DNA of 64,000 nucleotides, taken from NCBI GenBank assembly GCA_051883515.1, contig JBJETW010000009.1, positions 64,421 to 128,420 of the forward strand, in the 5' to 3' direction. The DNA is from Candidatus Onthoplasma sp. Its GTDB lineage: Bacteria; Bacillota; Clostridia; Christensenellales; UBA1242. The position numbers and the translations under genes were made by a program. Every line of letters begins with the position of its first letter. The first letter of the stretch is position 1. Positions 48,126-57,794 of the stretch are shown one piece after another. The notes below the pieces were generated by a model. The model worked only from the letters and a program-made list of their open reading frames with translations, made no database searches and was not told the DNA's origin.

Positions 48126-48975
48126 TGTTTTATATTCCGGAAATTCCAAAGTTTTTGACGGAGTTTTAACATCTGCTTTGTCAATTTTAAAAAGGACAAA
48201 GACGACTGAACCATTCACATTTTACATTTTATCAATGAATTTAACCAGACTGAAACCTGAATACACAATTATCGATAAAAATATGATTGAGTTTTTCGAT
48301 AAGGTTATAAAAGAGTATAACCCAGAAAATAAAGTTGAATGCATTGATGTGTCTGACGATTTTAACAGAGAATTCTTAAACAGTCCAAATGAAAGTTGCT
48401 ATTGTTCACCATACACACTTCTTAGATTGCTTGCAGACTTGTTGCCAAACATTCCAGACAAATTGTTATACCTTGATGTTGACATATTGCTTAACCGCGA
48501 CATTTGCGAATTGTATAATCAAAACATTGAAGGATACGAATACGCAGCAGCGAGAGACCATTATGGCAAGTTCTTAATCAATCCAAATTATATTAATGCA
48601 GGTGTTTTGTTGTTGAACATGAAGGAAATCAAACGAACAAAAATGCTTGAAAAAGCAAGAGATTTGATAAGAAAAAAGAAATGGATGTTTGCTGACCAAG
48701 ATGCAATTTGGCATGCAACAACAAAAAAGAAAATGCTACCACAAAAATTTAATGACCAAAAATTTTGTCATAAACATACTGTTGTTAGACATTTTAGCAA
48801 AAGATTGTTTTGGTTGCCATATCCACACACAGCCAACATAAAACAATGGAAAGTTAGTGAAGTTCACAAAATTTTCCATTACTATCAATTTGATGACATT
48901 TTATACGAATACATATATTTGAAAAAATTATATGAAAAAAGTTTAGAAGAACAAAAGGAGAAAATTTATGAATAA
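48118..48975 (+). CDS. glycosyltransferase family 8
   Basis: LLYLDVDILLNRDI (DxD) and INAGVLLLNMKE typical of GT8. Confidence 0.75.
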   Translation: MINVLYSGNSKVFDGVLTSALSILKRTKTTEPFTFYILSMNLTRLKPEYTIIDKNMIEFFDKVIKEYNPENKVECIDVSDDFNREFLNSPNESCYCSPYTLLRLLADLLPNIPDKLLYLDVDILLNRDICELYNQNIEGYEYAAARDHYGKFLINPNYINAGVLLLNMKEIKRTKMLEKARDLIRKKKWMFADQDAIWHATTKKKMLPQKFNDQKFCHKHTVVRHFSKRLFWLPYPHTANIKQWKVSEVHKIFHYYQFDDILYEYIYLKKLYEKSLEEQKEKIYE

Positions 48976-50056
48976 AAACACAATAATCCCAATAGTATTT
49001 AGTTGCGACGATAAATACATTCCATTTTTGGCTGTCGCCCTTGAATCAATGGAAGAAAATGCTTCAAGAAATTATGAATATGATATCAAAGTTTTGCATG
49101 CAAAAACAATAAGCGAGGAAAATCAAAAGAAGATTATAGAAAAATACAGCAAAGACGTTTTCCGCATCTCTTTTGACGACATTTCAAGAGAAGTTGAAAC
49201 AATCGCAACAAAATTGCACACACGTGATTATTATTCAAAGTCAACATATTATAGACTTTTCATTCCAAATCTTTATAAGGAGTATGATAAAGTTTTGTAT
49301 CTTGACAGCGACATTGTTGTAAGAGGTGATATCAGTAAGCTTTTCAACACAGAATTGGGCAACAATTTGGTTGGCGCAATCCCTGACGAATTTGTTCAAA
49401 CAACTCCTATAATCTACGACTATGTTGAAAACCACATTCCACTTGGAAAAGGCAACCACGGAAAATATTTCAATGCAGGAATTTTGCTTATGAACAATAA
49501 GCGTTTGCGTGAAATTGATTTTGAAGGCAAATTTATCGACTTGATTGGAAAAGTTAAATTCCAAGTTGCGCAAGACCAAGATTATTTGAATTGTATTTGT
49601 CGCGGAAAAGTAAAATATATTTCTCCATTATGGAATAAACAACCTTTCCCAAGCAAAATTTACAAGGAGAAGGATTTAAAAATTATTCATTACAATTTGG
49701 ATTCTAAACCATGGCAAAAAGATGGCGTTTTGTATGAAGATGAATTCTGGAAATATGCAAAACAATCTGGGTTTATTGATGAAATTTTACAAGTAAAAGC
49801 AAGTTTTAACGAAGAAAAAATCGCATTTGCAGCAAAACAAACTGAAAATTTGATTAAGATGATTATCGAACAAGGGCATGATGTTGTTGACAATGCGAGA
49901 ATAAAAGCAATTGTTGATTCAATTTTTGATGAAAAAGAATCACCATTGGTAAAATCAAGCGTTGTGGTTAAAGATGCAGAAACTGAAGAAAATGATATTT
50001 TTGAAGTCATTGACAAAGTTGTTGCTGGAGAACCTAACAAACAAAGCACAAAATAA
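48968..50056 (+). CDS. glycosyltransferase family 8 (GspA-like)
   Basis: IPIVFSCDDKY, VLYLDSDIVVRGDI (DxD), FNAGILLMNNKRL. Confidence 0.78.
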   Translation: MNKNTIIPIVFSCDDKYIPFLAVALESMEENASRNYEYDIKVLHAKTISEENQKKIIEKYSKDVFRISFDDISREVETIATKLHTRDYYSKSTYYRLFIPNLYKEYDKVLYLDSDIVVRGDISKLFNTELGNNLVGAIPDEFVQTTPIIYDYVENHIPLGKGNHGKYFNAGILLMNNKRLREIDFEGKFIDLIGKVKFQVAQDQDYLNCICRGKVKYISPLWNKQPFPSKIYKEKDLKIIHYNLDSKPWQKDGVLYEDEFWKYAKQSGFIDEILQVKASFNEEKIAFAAKQTENLIKMIIEQGHDVVDNARIKAIVDSIFDEKESPLVKSSVVVKDAETEENDIFEVIDKVVAGEPNKQSTK

Positions 50057-50080
50057 ATATAACAACACACAGGAGATATT

Positions 50081-50980
50081 ATGGAAGAGATTGAGAAAGC
50101 AAAAGATAGGTTGGAAGTCCTTGAAAGAATTAAAGAAATGGAGAAAAACGGCATTTTCGATATAGATGCAGAGGACAACTTGCCAACAATTGAACTTTTG
50201 CCAAATCAAATCGATTATAAAAGAAAAAAACTCAAGAACAAAATCTTGAGATTTTTCGCTTATAAAGGAATTGTTAAATTTGTTAAAAAGATGCAGAAAA
50301 TAGGAATGTTCCAAGTTAAGGAAATCAAAGGAATTGAGAACCTAAAATCTGTGAAAACGGGCGCAATTTTAACTTGCAATCATTTTGGTGCACAAGACAG
50401 TTTTGCAATGGATTTGGCGTTTACTTCAGCCAAATTGAAACGTAAAAGAATGTTTAAAGTTATTAGAGAAGGGAATTTTACAAACCCACCAAAAGGATTT
50501 GAAGCACCAATGAAATATTGTGATACGCTTCCGCTCAGTCAAAACAAATCAACAATGAAAAAATTCATTCGTTGCACAAACGAACTGATTCAAGAAGGCA
50601 ATTTTGTTTTGATATATCCAGAAGAGGCAATGTGGTGGAATTATCGCAAACCAAGACCATTAAAGAATGGTGCATTCCGCTTTGCAACAAAAAATAATGT
50701 GCCGGTTATTCCGTGCTTTATCACCATGGAAGACAGTGATGTAATTGTACCAGATGGTTTCCCTGTTCAGGCATTGACAATCCATATTGAAAAACCAATT
50801 TATCCTGATGAAAATAAAGATTTAAAATCAAACATTGAAGAATTGAAAAACAAAAACTTTGAAATTTGGAAAGAGATATATGAATCTACATACAACACAA
50901 AATTAGAATACGACACAATTGTTAATGAAAACACAGAAGAAATTGTGAAAAGGTATGCAAAAGTTTTGGATAAAAATTAA
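50081..50980 (+). CDS. PlsC-like acyltransferase
   Basis: CNHFGAQD (Hx4D) and VLIYPEEAMWW. Confidence 0.7.
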   Translation: MEEIEKAKDRLEVLERIKEMEKNGIFDIDAEDNLPTIELLPNQIDYKRKKLKNKILRFFAYKGIVKFVKKMQKIGMFQVKEIKGIENLKSVKTGAILTCNHFGAQDSFAMDLAFTSAKLKRKRMFKVIREGNFTNPPKGFEAPMKYCDTLPLSQNKSTMKKFIRCTNELIQEGNFVLIYPEEAMWWNYRKPRPLKNGAFRFATKNNVPVIPCFITMEDSDVIVPDGFPVQALTIHIEKPIYPDENKDLKSNIEELKNKNFEIWKEIYESTYNTKLEYDTIVNENTEEIVKRYAKVLDKN

Positions 50981-51012
50981 AATAAAGGTATAATATACAT
51001 AAAAGGATAAGT

Positions 51013-51291
51013 ATGAGAAAATTTATTAAAGCATCAATAATATTTAGCATGATTGCGAATCCAATTATGATAATTCCTTCAATTTTGACCACAATTTTTT
51101 GGCATACTCCAATAGTTTTTTTGGTGATTTCTGCAATATATGCGCTGTTGTCAATCGGGGTTGGTGCTTATGCATTAAAGAGATTTGACAAAGCAGAGCA
51201 CAAATCAGAGTTAAAATCGACAGCAATATTGACATTAATTTTTAACAACCCACTTGCTGGTTTTCTAATGCTTATAATGAAAGATTTCTAA
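51013..51291 (+). CDS. small 3-TM membrane protein
   Basis: 92 aa, hydrophobic; no family recognised. Confidence 0.5.
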   Translation: MRKFIKASIIFSMIANPIMIIPSILTTIFWHTPIVFLVISAIYALLSIGVGAYALKRFDKAEHKSELKSTAILTLIFNNPLAGFLMLIMKDF

Positions 51292-51394
51292 ATTTTATAA
51301 TAATCACTTAAAAAGTGGTTATTTTTTTATTAAAATTTTTAGTTTTCTTTAAATTTTATACGATTTTATGATATAATAATCTTCGGAGATAAAC

Positions 51395-52543
51395 ATGACA
51401 TACGAAACAACATATGAAGAATTATCAAGCAAAGAAAAAGATACATATGAAATCATTGACATAAGAGAAGAAGATGCTTTTGAATATGGGCACATATTGG
51501 GTGCAAAAAATATTCCTATTAGCGTGCTTGATGACGAAATTAAAAAGTTTTCAAAAGACAAGGAGTTATATATCTATTGCAGAAGCGGAAAAGTAAGCGA
51601 AGATGTTGTCAATAAGTTAAGAGAAGATGGATATCAAGCGTTTAATTTAAAAGACGGATATTTTGGGTGGCTTAAAAATCACGTTTCAGATTTGAGAGAC
51701 AATGAGCGCGCGAACAAGGTTGAAGAAAGTTTAAGAAAAAAATTCCACAAAGAAATTTTCTCAAAATTTTGCAAAGCGATTAATGAATACGATTTAATTC
51801 AACCTAACGATAAAATTGCCGTATGCATATCAGGTGGAAAAGATTCTATGCTCATGGCAAAACTATTTCAAGAATTAAAAAAACACAACAAAATTCCTTT
51901 TGAGTTGGTGTTTTTGGTGATGGACCCAGGATATAGCAAAGAGAACAGGGAAATAATTGAAAAAAATGCTCAAATGCTCAATGTGCCAATCACAATTTTT
52001 GAATCTAATATTTTTGAAAATGTTTTCAACATTGAAAAATATCCTTGCTATATTTGCGCAAGAATGAGACGTGGTCATTTATATAGCAAAGCGAAAGAAC
52101 TTGGTTGCAACAAGATTGCGCTTGGTCATCACTATGACGATGTGATTGAAACGATACTCATGGGAATGTTATATGGAGCGCAAATTCAAACCATGATGCC
52201 AAAATTGCATAGTTCGCATTTTGAAGGAATGGAACTTATCAGACCAATGTATTTAATCCGAGAAGACGATATTAAACATTGGCGCGACTATAATGACCTT
52301 CATTTTATTCAATGCGCTTGCAAATTTACAGACAATTGTTCATCAGAAACTTGCCAGTTGAATAATACGGGTTCAAAAAGGAAAAAAGTAAAGAATCTTA
52401 TTGCGAAATTAAAAAAAGAAGACCCTCAAATTGAAGGCAACATATTCAAAAGCGTTGAAAATGTAAATTTGGCAACAGTAATTGAATATAAAGACGAAAA
52501 CAACATTCGCCATCATTTTTTGGACAAATATACAAAAAAATAA
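51395..52543 (+). CDS. rhodanese domain fused to a TtcA-like PP-loop tRNA thiolation ATPase
   Basis: Rhodanese active-site loop YCRSGKVS; PP-loop CISGGKDS; CYICARMRRG and IQCACKF Cys motifs. Confidence 0.75.
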   Translation: MTYETTYEELSSKEKDTYEIIDIREEDAFEYGHILGAKNIPISVLDDEIKKFSKDKELYIYCRSGKVSEDVVNKLREDGYQAFNLKDGYFGWLKNHVSDLRDNERANKVEESLRKKFHKEIFSKFCKAINEYDLIQPNDKIAVCISGGKDSMLMAKLFQELKKHNKIPFELVFLVMDPGYSKENREIIEKNAQMLNVPITIFESNIFENVFNIEKYPCYICARMRRGHLYSKAKELGCNKIALGHHYDDVIETILMGMLYGAQIQTMMPKLHSSHFEGMELIRPMYLIREDDIKHWRDYNDLHFIQCACKFTDNCSSETCQLNNTGSKRKKVKNLIAKLKKEDPQIEGNIFKSVENVNLATVIEYKDENNIRHHFLDKYTKK

Positions 52544-52641
52544 ATATGCGTTTATTCATTAAAAAGTATTGACATAAGAAAGGAGTATGTAAGGTTTAAT
52601 ATTAATAGATTAAAAATTTTTTGAATAATTCTACATTAATG

Positions 52642-52670
52642 TTGACATTGTTTTAAAAATAATATATGAT
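52642..52670 (+). promoter_or_regulatory. promoter of the SAM riboswitch-metK unit
   Basis: TTGACA - 17 nt - TATGAT. Confidence 0.7.
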
Positions 52671-52673
52671 AAA

Positions 52674-52806
52674 TTTATCCATAAAGAGTGTGCGAGGGAC
52701 AGCCCCGTTGACCACACAGCAACCTGCCAAATTGGAAAGGTGCTAATGGCTGACCGATGGGTAATGAATATGATTTATAATCCTGTCGGTGACGATGGGA
52801 TTTTTT
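52674..52806 (+). promoter_or_regulatory. SAM-I (S-box) riboswitch with terminator
   Basis: TTATCC..AAAGAG..GAGGGACAGCCCCGTTGA..GCAACC..GGTGCTAA core; alternative ACCGATGGG/CCTGTCGGT pairing and a T6-terminated hairpin. Confidence 0.85.
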
Positions 52807-53012
52807 GTATTCTCTTTTTGGAAAATCTTTAATAAGGAGAATAATATGAGAACTTTACAAATGTTAAAAATAACATAATATCAAAATTTTAATCGGCAAT
52901 ATTTAAGCGAGAATTGAAAACTTTATTGTATGCACATTTGCTCATAAGAAGCGACAATACAACTTTAAAGTGACTATTAAAAAAATAAAATTTATAACTT
53001 AAAGGAGAAAAT

Positions 53013-54095
53013 ATGAAAAACATAATTACAAGCGAAAGCGTCAACATTGGACATCCAGACAAAACCTGTGATGTAATTGCAGATGCATTTTTAGATGAAG
53101 CACTATCTCAAGACCCAGATTCACAAATGGCCGTTGAATGTGCGATTAAAAACGACAAACTATTTATTTATGGTGAAGCAACGACAAAAGCAAAAATCGA
53201 CTACGATGGTATTGCAAAACGAATTTTAAAAGATATTGGATATATAAACGAATTTAAAATTATAAAAGAGATAAGTGAGCAAAGTCCAGACATAAATCAA
53301 GCGGTGGTAAAAGAAGAACTCAGGGCTAATGACCAAGGTGTTGTGTTTGGATATGCAACAAACGAGACCAAAGAATATATGCCATTGCCAATTATTGTTG
53401 CGCACAAACTGATGCGCCGATACGAAGTATTTAGAAGAACAAGAAATGATTTTTTTGCAGATGCTAAATGTCAAGTGACGGTGGAGTATGAGGACAACAA
53501 ACCAAGCAGAATTCTAACAGTGTTAATTTCTGTTTCTCATGATAAAAAATTAATGTTTGAAGAAATTCAAAACATTATAAAAAGAGACATTTTAGATGTT
53601 GTTCTTAATGAATATAAAAATTTAGTTAAAGATACGACATTTATCATTAACCCAAGTGGTAAATTCACAATTTGGGGTTCATTCGGTGATTCAGGTTGTG
53701 TTGGAAGAAAAATTGTAGTGGACACTTATGGTGGAACGGCAAAAGTTGGTGGCGGTTGTTTTTCAAGTAAAAATGCAACAAAAGTGGATAGGTCTGGCGC
53801 TTATTATGCTAGGTTTGTGGCAAAGAATGTTGTTGCACATAATCTAGCGGATAAGTGTGAAATTCAGGTATCATATGGAATTGGACTAAGTAAACCGATA
53901 TCAATCAATATTGACACGTTTGGCACAGAAAAACGACCAATTGAAAAAATTTATCAATATGTTCAAGAAAACTTTGATTTTAGTCCAGCGAATATAATCA
54001 AGGAATTAGATTTATTAAAACCAATTTATAAACCAACTGCATGTTTCGGTCATTTTGGGCGAAATGAATTTAGTTGGGAGAAAATAAAAAATTAA
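53013..54095 (+). CDS. metK: S-adenosylmethionine synthetase
   Basis: TSESVNIGHPDK, GDQGVVFGYA, GGGCFSSKNATKVDRSGAY. Confidence 0.95.
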   Translation: MKNIITSESVNIGHPDKTCDVIADAFLDEALSQDPDSQMAVECAIKNDKLFIYGEATTKAKIDYDGIAKRILKDIGYINEFKIIKEISEQSPDINQAVVKEELRANDQGVVFGYATNETKEYMPLPIIVAHKLMRRYEVFRRTRNDFFADAKCQVTVEYEDNKPSRILTVLISVSHDKKLMFEEIQNIIKRDILDVVLNEYKNLVKDTTFIINPSGKFTIWGSFGDSGCVGRKIVVDTYGGTAKVGGGCFSSKNATKVDRSGAYYARFVAKNVVAHNLADKCEIQVSYGIGLSKPISINIDTFGTEKRPIEKIYQYVQENFDFSPANIIKELDLLKPIYKPTACFGHFGRNEFSWEKIKN

Positions 54096-54110
54096 ACCCA
54101 GATATTAAAT

Positions 54111-54155
54111 AAGTCAGCACTAATTATGCATAAATGCACATGTGCTGACTTTTTA
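54111..54155 (+). terminator. intrinsic terminator after metK
   Basis: AGTCAGCAC/GTGCTGACT stem plus T4. Confidence 0.75.
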
Positions 54156-54278
54156 TGATTTATTAAGGTTATGAAATACTTTTTTTAATTTTTTAATAAA
54201 TAAAATATTGAAGTGCTTATTTTCCCTTAATTACAAAACGTTTTCCAATTCTTTCTCTATTCTATTCTTTTATTTTAT

Positions 54279-54788
54279 CTATGTATTTTTTAAAACATAA
54301 TTTAGTATTTTTTGTTTTACTAAATCAAATTTTTCTTTATTAAATACATAATCATGTCTTGGTTTTACAAAATTCTCAGAGCCACGCTTTTCGTTTGCGT
54401 ATCTAGGAATTAACTGAATATGGTAGTGATTCATTGGACCATCACTCATTGTACATAGGTATACACGTTCACAAACAAACACATCTTTTATAATTATCAT
54501 TAGTTGTTTTGCAAATTTTATAATTTTAGTGTTTATTTCATCTGTCGCTTCAGTTAAGTCATGATAATGCCTCTTGGGAGCAATCATCATATGTCCATCT
54601 GCTCTTGGATTGGCAACAAACAAACATTCAATATCTTTATCTTCATATACTTTTAATAAAGAATCATCTCCAAAAACAGAATTTTTGGTTTGTTTATTAA
54701 AACATGTTGGACATATTCCAGCATCAGTTAAATCTTTCGCTGAATAACCCAAAAATTTTTTTATTTGTTCTTTATCATAAACTAACAT
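54279..54788 (-). CDS. HIT-family nucleotide hydrolase/transferase
   Basis: NHYHIQLIPR histidine triad. Confidence 0.85.
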   Translation of the reverse strand: MLVYDKEQIKKFLGYSAKDLTDAGICPTCFNKQTKNSVFGDDSLLKVYEDKDIECLFVANPRADGHMMIAPKRHYHDLTEATDEINTKIIKFAKQLMIIIKDVFVCERVYLCTMSDGPMNHYHIQLIPRYANEKRGSENFVKPRHDYVFNKEKFDLVKQKILNYVLKNT

Positions 54789-54809
54789 AAATAAACCGTC
54801 CTTTAAAAT

Positions 54810-54974
54810 AAAATTCTACTCAAATTTTACTCACATGAAAAAATGACGCGCTTTTCCCATACAACATATACAATGTGTCATTTCGCACACCGCAATATGT
54901 AGTTTTATTTGGCGGGAAGACCGTTATCCAATCCTAACACCAAAATCTATATCGGTGCTGGGTGGATTAAAGTT
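54810..54974 (+). repeat. 165-bp direct repeat, copy A
   Basis: About 90% identical by eye to 59141-59304; begins with the last 11 codons of an integrase-like ORF. Confidence 0.9.
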
Positions 54975-54983
54975 TTTATTCAA

Positions 54984-55520
54984 CTATAAGTTGTATTTAT
55001 CTTTGAAATATGATAATAAAATCTTCTGTATGTACATTAGTATAGTTCCAACATTAAATGTAGATATTGTAATTTCACAGTATTCTTTTTTGTTTCGTGT
55101 ATTACAATCTTTAAATGCTACTATTGTATTCCCATTAATTGTTGAGAAAAAGCAATTTCCGTGTGATAACGCATTCCTCATATGTTTAATGTATTTAAAG
55201 TTTGGCTCTTTTGTATATGTGGAAACCAATGAAATTTTCAATTTATCTATTTCATTATTTAAATTAGTTAATTGTAGTTTTACCTGTCCTTTTTCTTCCA
55301 ATTCTTTTGGGATTACTAATAATGCATATAAAAACATTTGTAGACATGCAGGATTTCCTATGCTAGAAAGTTTTAATATTTTCTTAAAAAATTCGTTTTC
55401 AAACTTTAAATTTTTAAAGTGTTCAGTGCTCAAATAGCCATTATTAGAAAGTTCAGCAAGTAAAGAAGTTGTTGCTAATGCTTGTAAGATAAAAGAATCG
55501 TATTCATCTTTAATAATCAT
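54984..55520 (-). CDS. small HEPN-domain protein (Rx4H)
   Basis: KHMRNALSHGN in a predicted helical protein of 178 aa; the opposite-strand ORF 54955-55437 is low-complexity. Confidence 0.6.
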   Translation of the reverse strand: MIIKDEYDSFILQALATTSLLAELSNNGYLSTEHFKNLKFENEFFKKILKLSSIGNPACLQMFLYALLVIPKELEEKGQVKLQLTNLNNEIDKLKISLVSTYTKEPNFKYIKHMRNALSHGNCFFSTINGNTIVAFKDCNTRNKKEYCEITISTFNVGTILMYIQKILLSYFKDKYNL

Positions 55521-55598
55521 AAAAACTCCTTATTTAAGATTAGTATAACATACTTTTATAAAAAAGAGAAGAAGTTTTTTCACTTTTTCTCGTGGGTT

Positions 55599-55834
55599 TT
55601 ATTGATTGGATTGCAAATGAGTGTAGACTGCATTTACTGTTAGGTTAGAAAAGTCGTCACTCAATTCGGCAAAGGTTTTAAGTCGGTGGCAAGAATAAAG
55701 GCAATTCGGTTTATTTGCTTTTAACTTAATTTTGTTTTGCCTTGCCTTAATACTTTAGTATTAAGGTTATATGTGGCTGTATTTTCTGGTGTATCTTCAC
55801 AATCAATAAAACGATTGTCAATAAGTTTTGTCAT
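55599..55834 (-). pseudogene. inactivated paralogue of the 79-aa backbone gene
   Basis: MTKLIDNRFIDCEDTPENTATYNLNTKVLRQGKTKLS* ; CAA->TAA relative to 61362-61601. Confidence 0.8.
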
Positions 55835-56136
55835 CTCATAATTTTCAAATATATGAGAATATGCTGTGCAACCTATTGACTTTAATCCAATGCTCCTTTC
55901 GGAGCAATAATATTATATCATAAAATCATTTCAAAAACTATATTTTCTACAAAAAAAAGACAAGTGATGTTCCCACTTGGTTTAAAATGTGAATAGTTTA
56001 AATTTCTTTTTTAGTCACCTGTAAAGTAAGTCAGCTAAATGCATTGAAGTTTCTTGCCTTTTGTGAGAGAACTTTGCATTTTAAGTCTGTTTCTTTGCTT
56101 GCCTATAAAATTTAAATATATATCATGAATTAAATT

Positions 56137-56541
56137 CTACTTACATTCTAATCCATCTTCATATTCGGCAGTGTCTTCATCAAATCGTTTTGCAGCAGCC
56201 TCTAAGATGTCTCTTTTTTCTTGTTCTCTAAAAGATAAAAATGCAATTTTATATGGATTTCCAAATCTCTTATACATAAAACTTAACCAACTTTTACAAT
56301 GAAATCCATTATATAAAGTTGTTGTGTAATTTGTTGTATAATCAAAATCTGTAAGTTTAAACTTTTTATCTCTTATTCTAAAAGTTATTTCACCTTCACA
56401 AACCTTAAAATCGGTTATTTCATTAAAATCATATTCCTTTCTAACATAGTCATCATATTTTGTTAAATATTTTGTTAATTCATCTTTTGTAATATAATCT
56501 ATTATTTCATCTCTAGTTAATTGTTCTACAAACATAATCAT
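56137..56541 (-). CDS. hypothetical acidic protein
   Basis: 134 aa; GGAG-type SD (AAGGAGAATG); no family recognised. Confidence 0.55.
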   Translation of the reverse strand: MIMFVEQLTRDEIIDYITKDELTKYLTKYDDYVRKEYDFNEITDFKVCEGEITFRIRDKKFKLTDFDYTTNYTTTLYNGFHCKSWLSFMYKRFGNPYKIAFLSFREQEKRDILEAAAKRFDEDTAEYEDGLECK

Positions 56542-56886
56542 TCTCCTTAACTACTTTTATATTAACACAAACAAACTAATTTTTCAATCCCAATTTTAAA
56601 ATTTATTTAATATTTGCTCTACAAATTTCTAACAAATATAATTAGACTTTCAAAAAAGTATAAATATCTATTATACATTTTGTTAGAGTTGACATGTCAG
56701 TTAAAAAAAACCATTAATGTAAATGACAGTTTTGTTTATCATTGATTTAATCAACATACTGTATTATGAAAAAATAAAAGAAAAAAGCACTATATGCAGT
56801 GCTTTTAATTTGCGAAATTGAGGTGATTGCATTCTAACAAATTTTGCGTTTTTAGAATCCTCAATATCAAGTAAACTTCAATTTTT

Positions 56887-57309
56887 TTACATTGAATATT
56901 CATTTTCATCATTTTCTATTTCTGAATATTCATTATTATCATTTTTTATTTCTGAATATTCATTTTTATCTTCTTTAACGGTTTTTTCTTTGTTTGTATC
57001 ATTTTCTTGTTTATTGTTTCTTTCTTTACATTGTTCCTCTAATTTATCAACAGTGTTGACAATTTTATTTTCTAGGGAAGTTCCAGGAGCTTTAAATTCA
57101 TAATATTTTAAATCTCCAGTTGGGATTGTGTCCATTTCATCTCCAATACTTTTTGCATGTTCTACAGATGCAACTGCACTAATTAGATAACTAACAGAAG
57201 CAATTATAGAAATAGGAATTATAGCCCCAGGGAATAAAAAACATAATCCAGTGGTGATTGCTCCCATAATGATAGCTCTTAATGAAAGGATTTTTATTAA
57301 ATGTTTCAT
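56887..57309 (-). CDS. 2-TM membrane protein with acidic repeat tail
   Basis: GAGGT SD + ATG at 57309; C-terminal NEYSEI(K/E)ND repeats encoded by a ~33-nt DNA repeat. Confidence 0.6.
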   Translation of the reverse strand: MKHLIKILSLRAIIMGAITTGLCFLFPGAIIPISIIASVSYLISAVASVEHAKSIGDEMDTIPTGDLKYYEFKAPGTSLENKIVNTVDKLEEQCKERNNKQENDTNKEKTVKEDKNEYSEIKNDNNEYSEIENDENEYSM

Positions 57310-57794
57310 AATATTTACCTCACTTTTTGGCATTATATCACAAATTTTAAAAAATGTAAAGATTTTTTTAAATAATAAGTTGATATAAATGATATTGACA
57401 AAGTTATATTTATTAAATAAAATAAAAGCATGAAAAACAATTAATATACCATAGATTAAATTGCACAGAACCAAGAGCAAATTTCAAATAAATATTTTTG
57501 CTATGAAAATGTATATTGAATTTTGAAGTTTGTTGTTTAAGAAAGCAAAGACCTGAGAATGCTAAAAAGTCTGGGTATATTGATGATAATACACAATGAC
57601 GATGTTATATTCATTTTTATTATAGTTATGTGGATGAGTTTTTTGATGGAGAACATCATTTGGCATTAAGTAAATTTTATCATCTAACTAATACTTTGCC
57701 TGTAAATGAAATTAGTGAATATTACATAAAAATATCACAAGCTTTAGAAATTGGAAAATTTGAAGAAGCAATGAATAAATTAAAGGGGATACAA

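Noticed and set aside
54810-54974. The 165-bp direct repeat as a small structured RNA gene used as an integration target
   Set aside because: Only the first hairpin is maintained between the copies. A second perfect hairpin in copy B (ATACCAC/GTGGTAT) is destroyed in copy A, so there is no consistent covariation. No tRNA/tmRNA-like features are present.
54955-55437. Plus-strand 160-aa ORF opposite the HEPN gene
   Set aside because: It is a low-complexity, Phe/Leu/Asn-rich translation with no SD. The minus-strand ORF carries the Rx4H motif and balanced composition.
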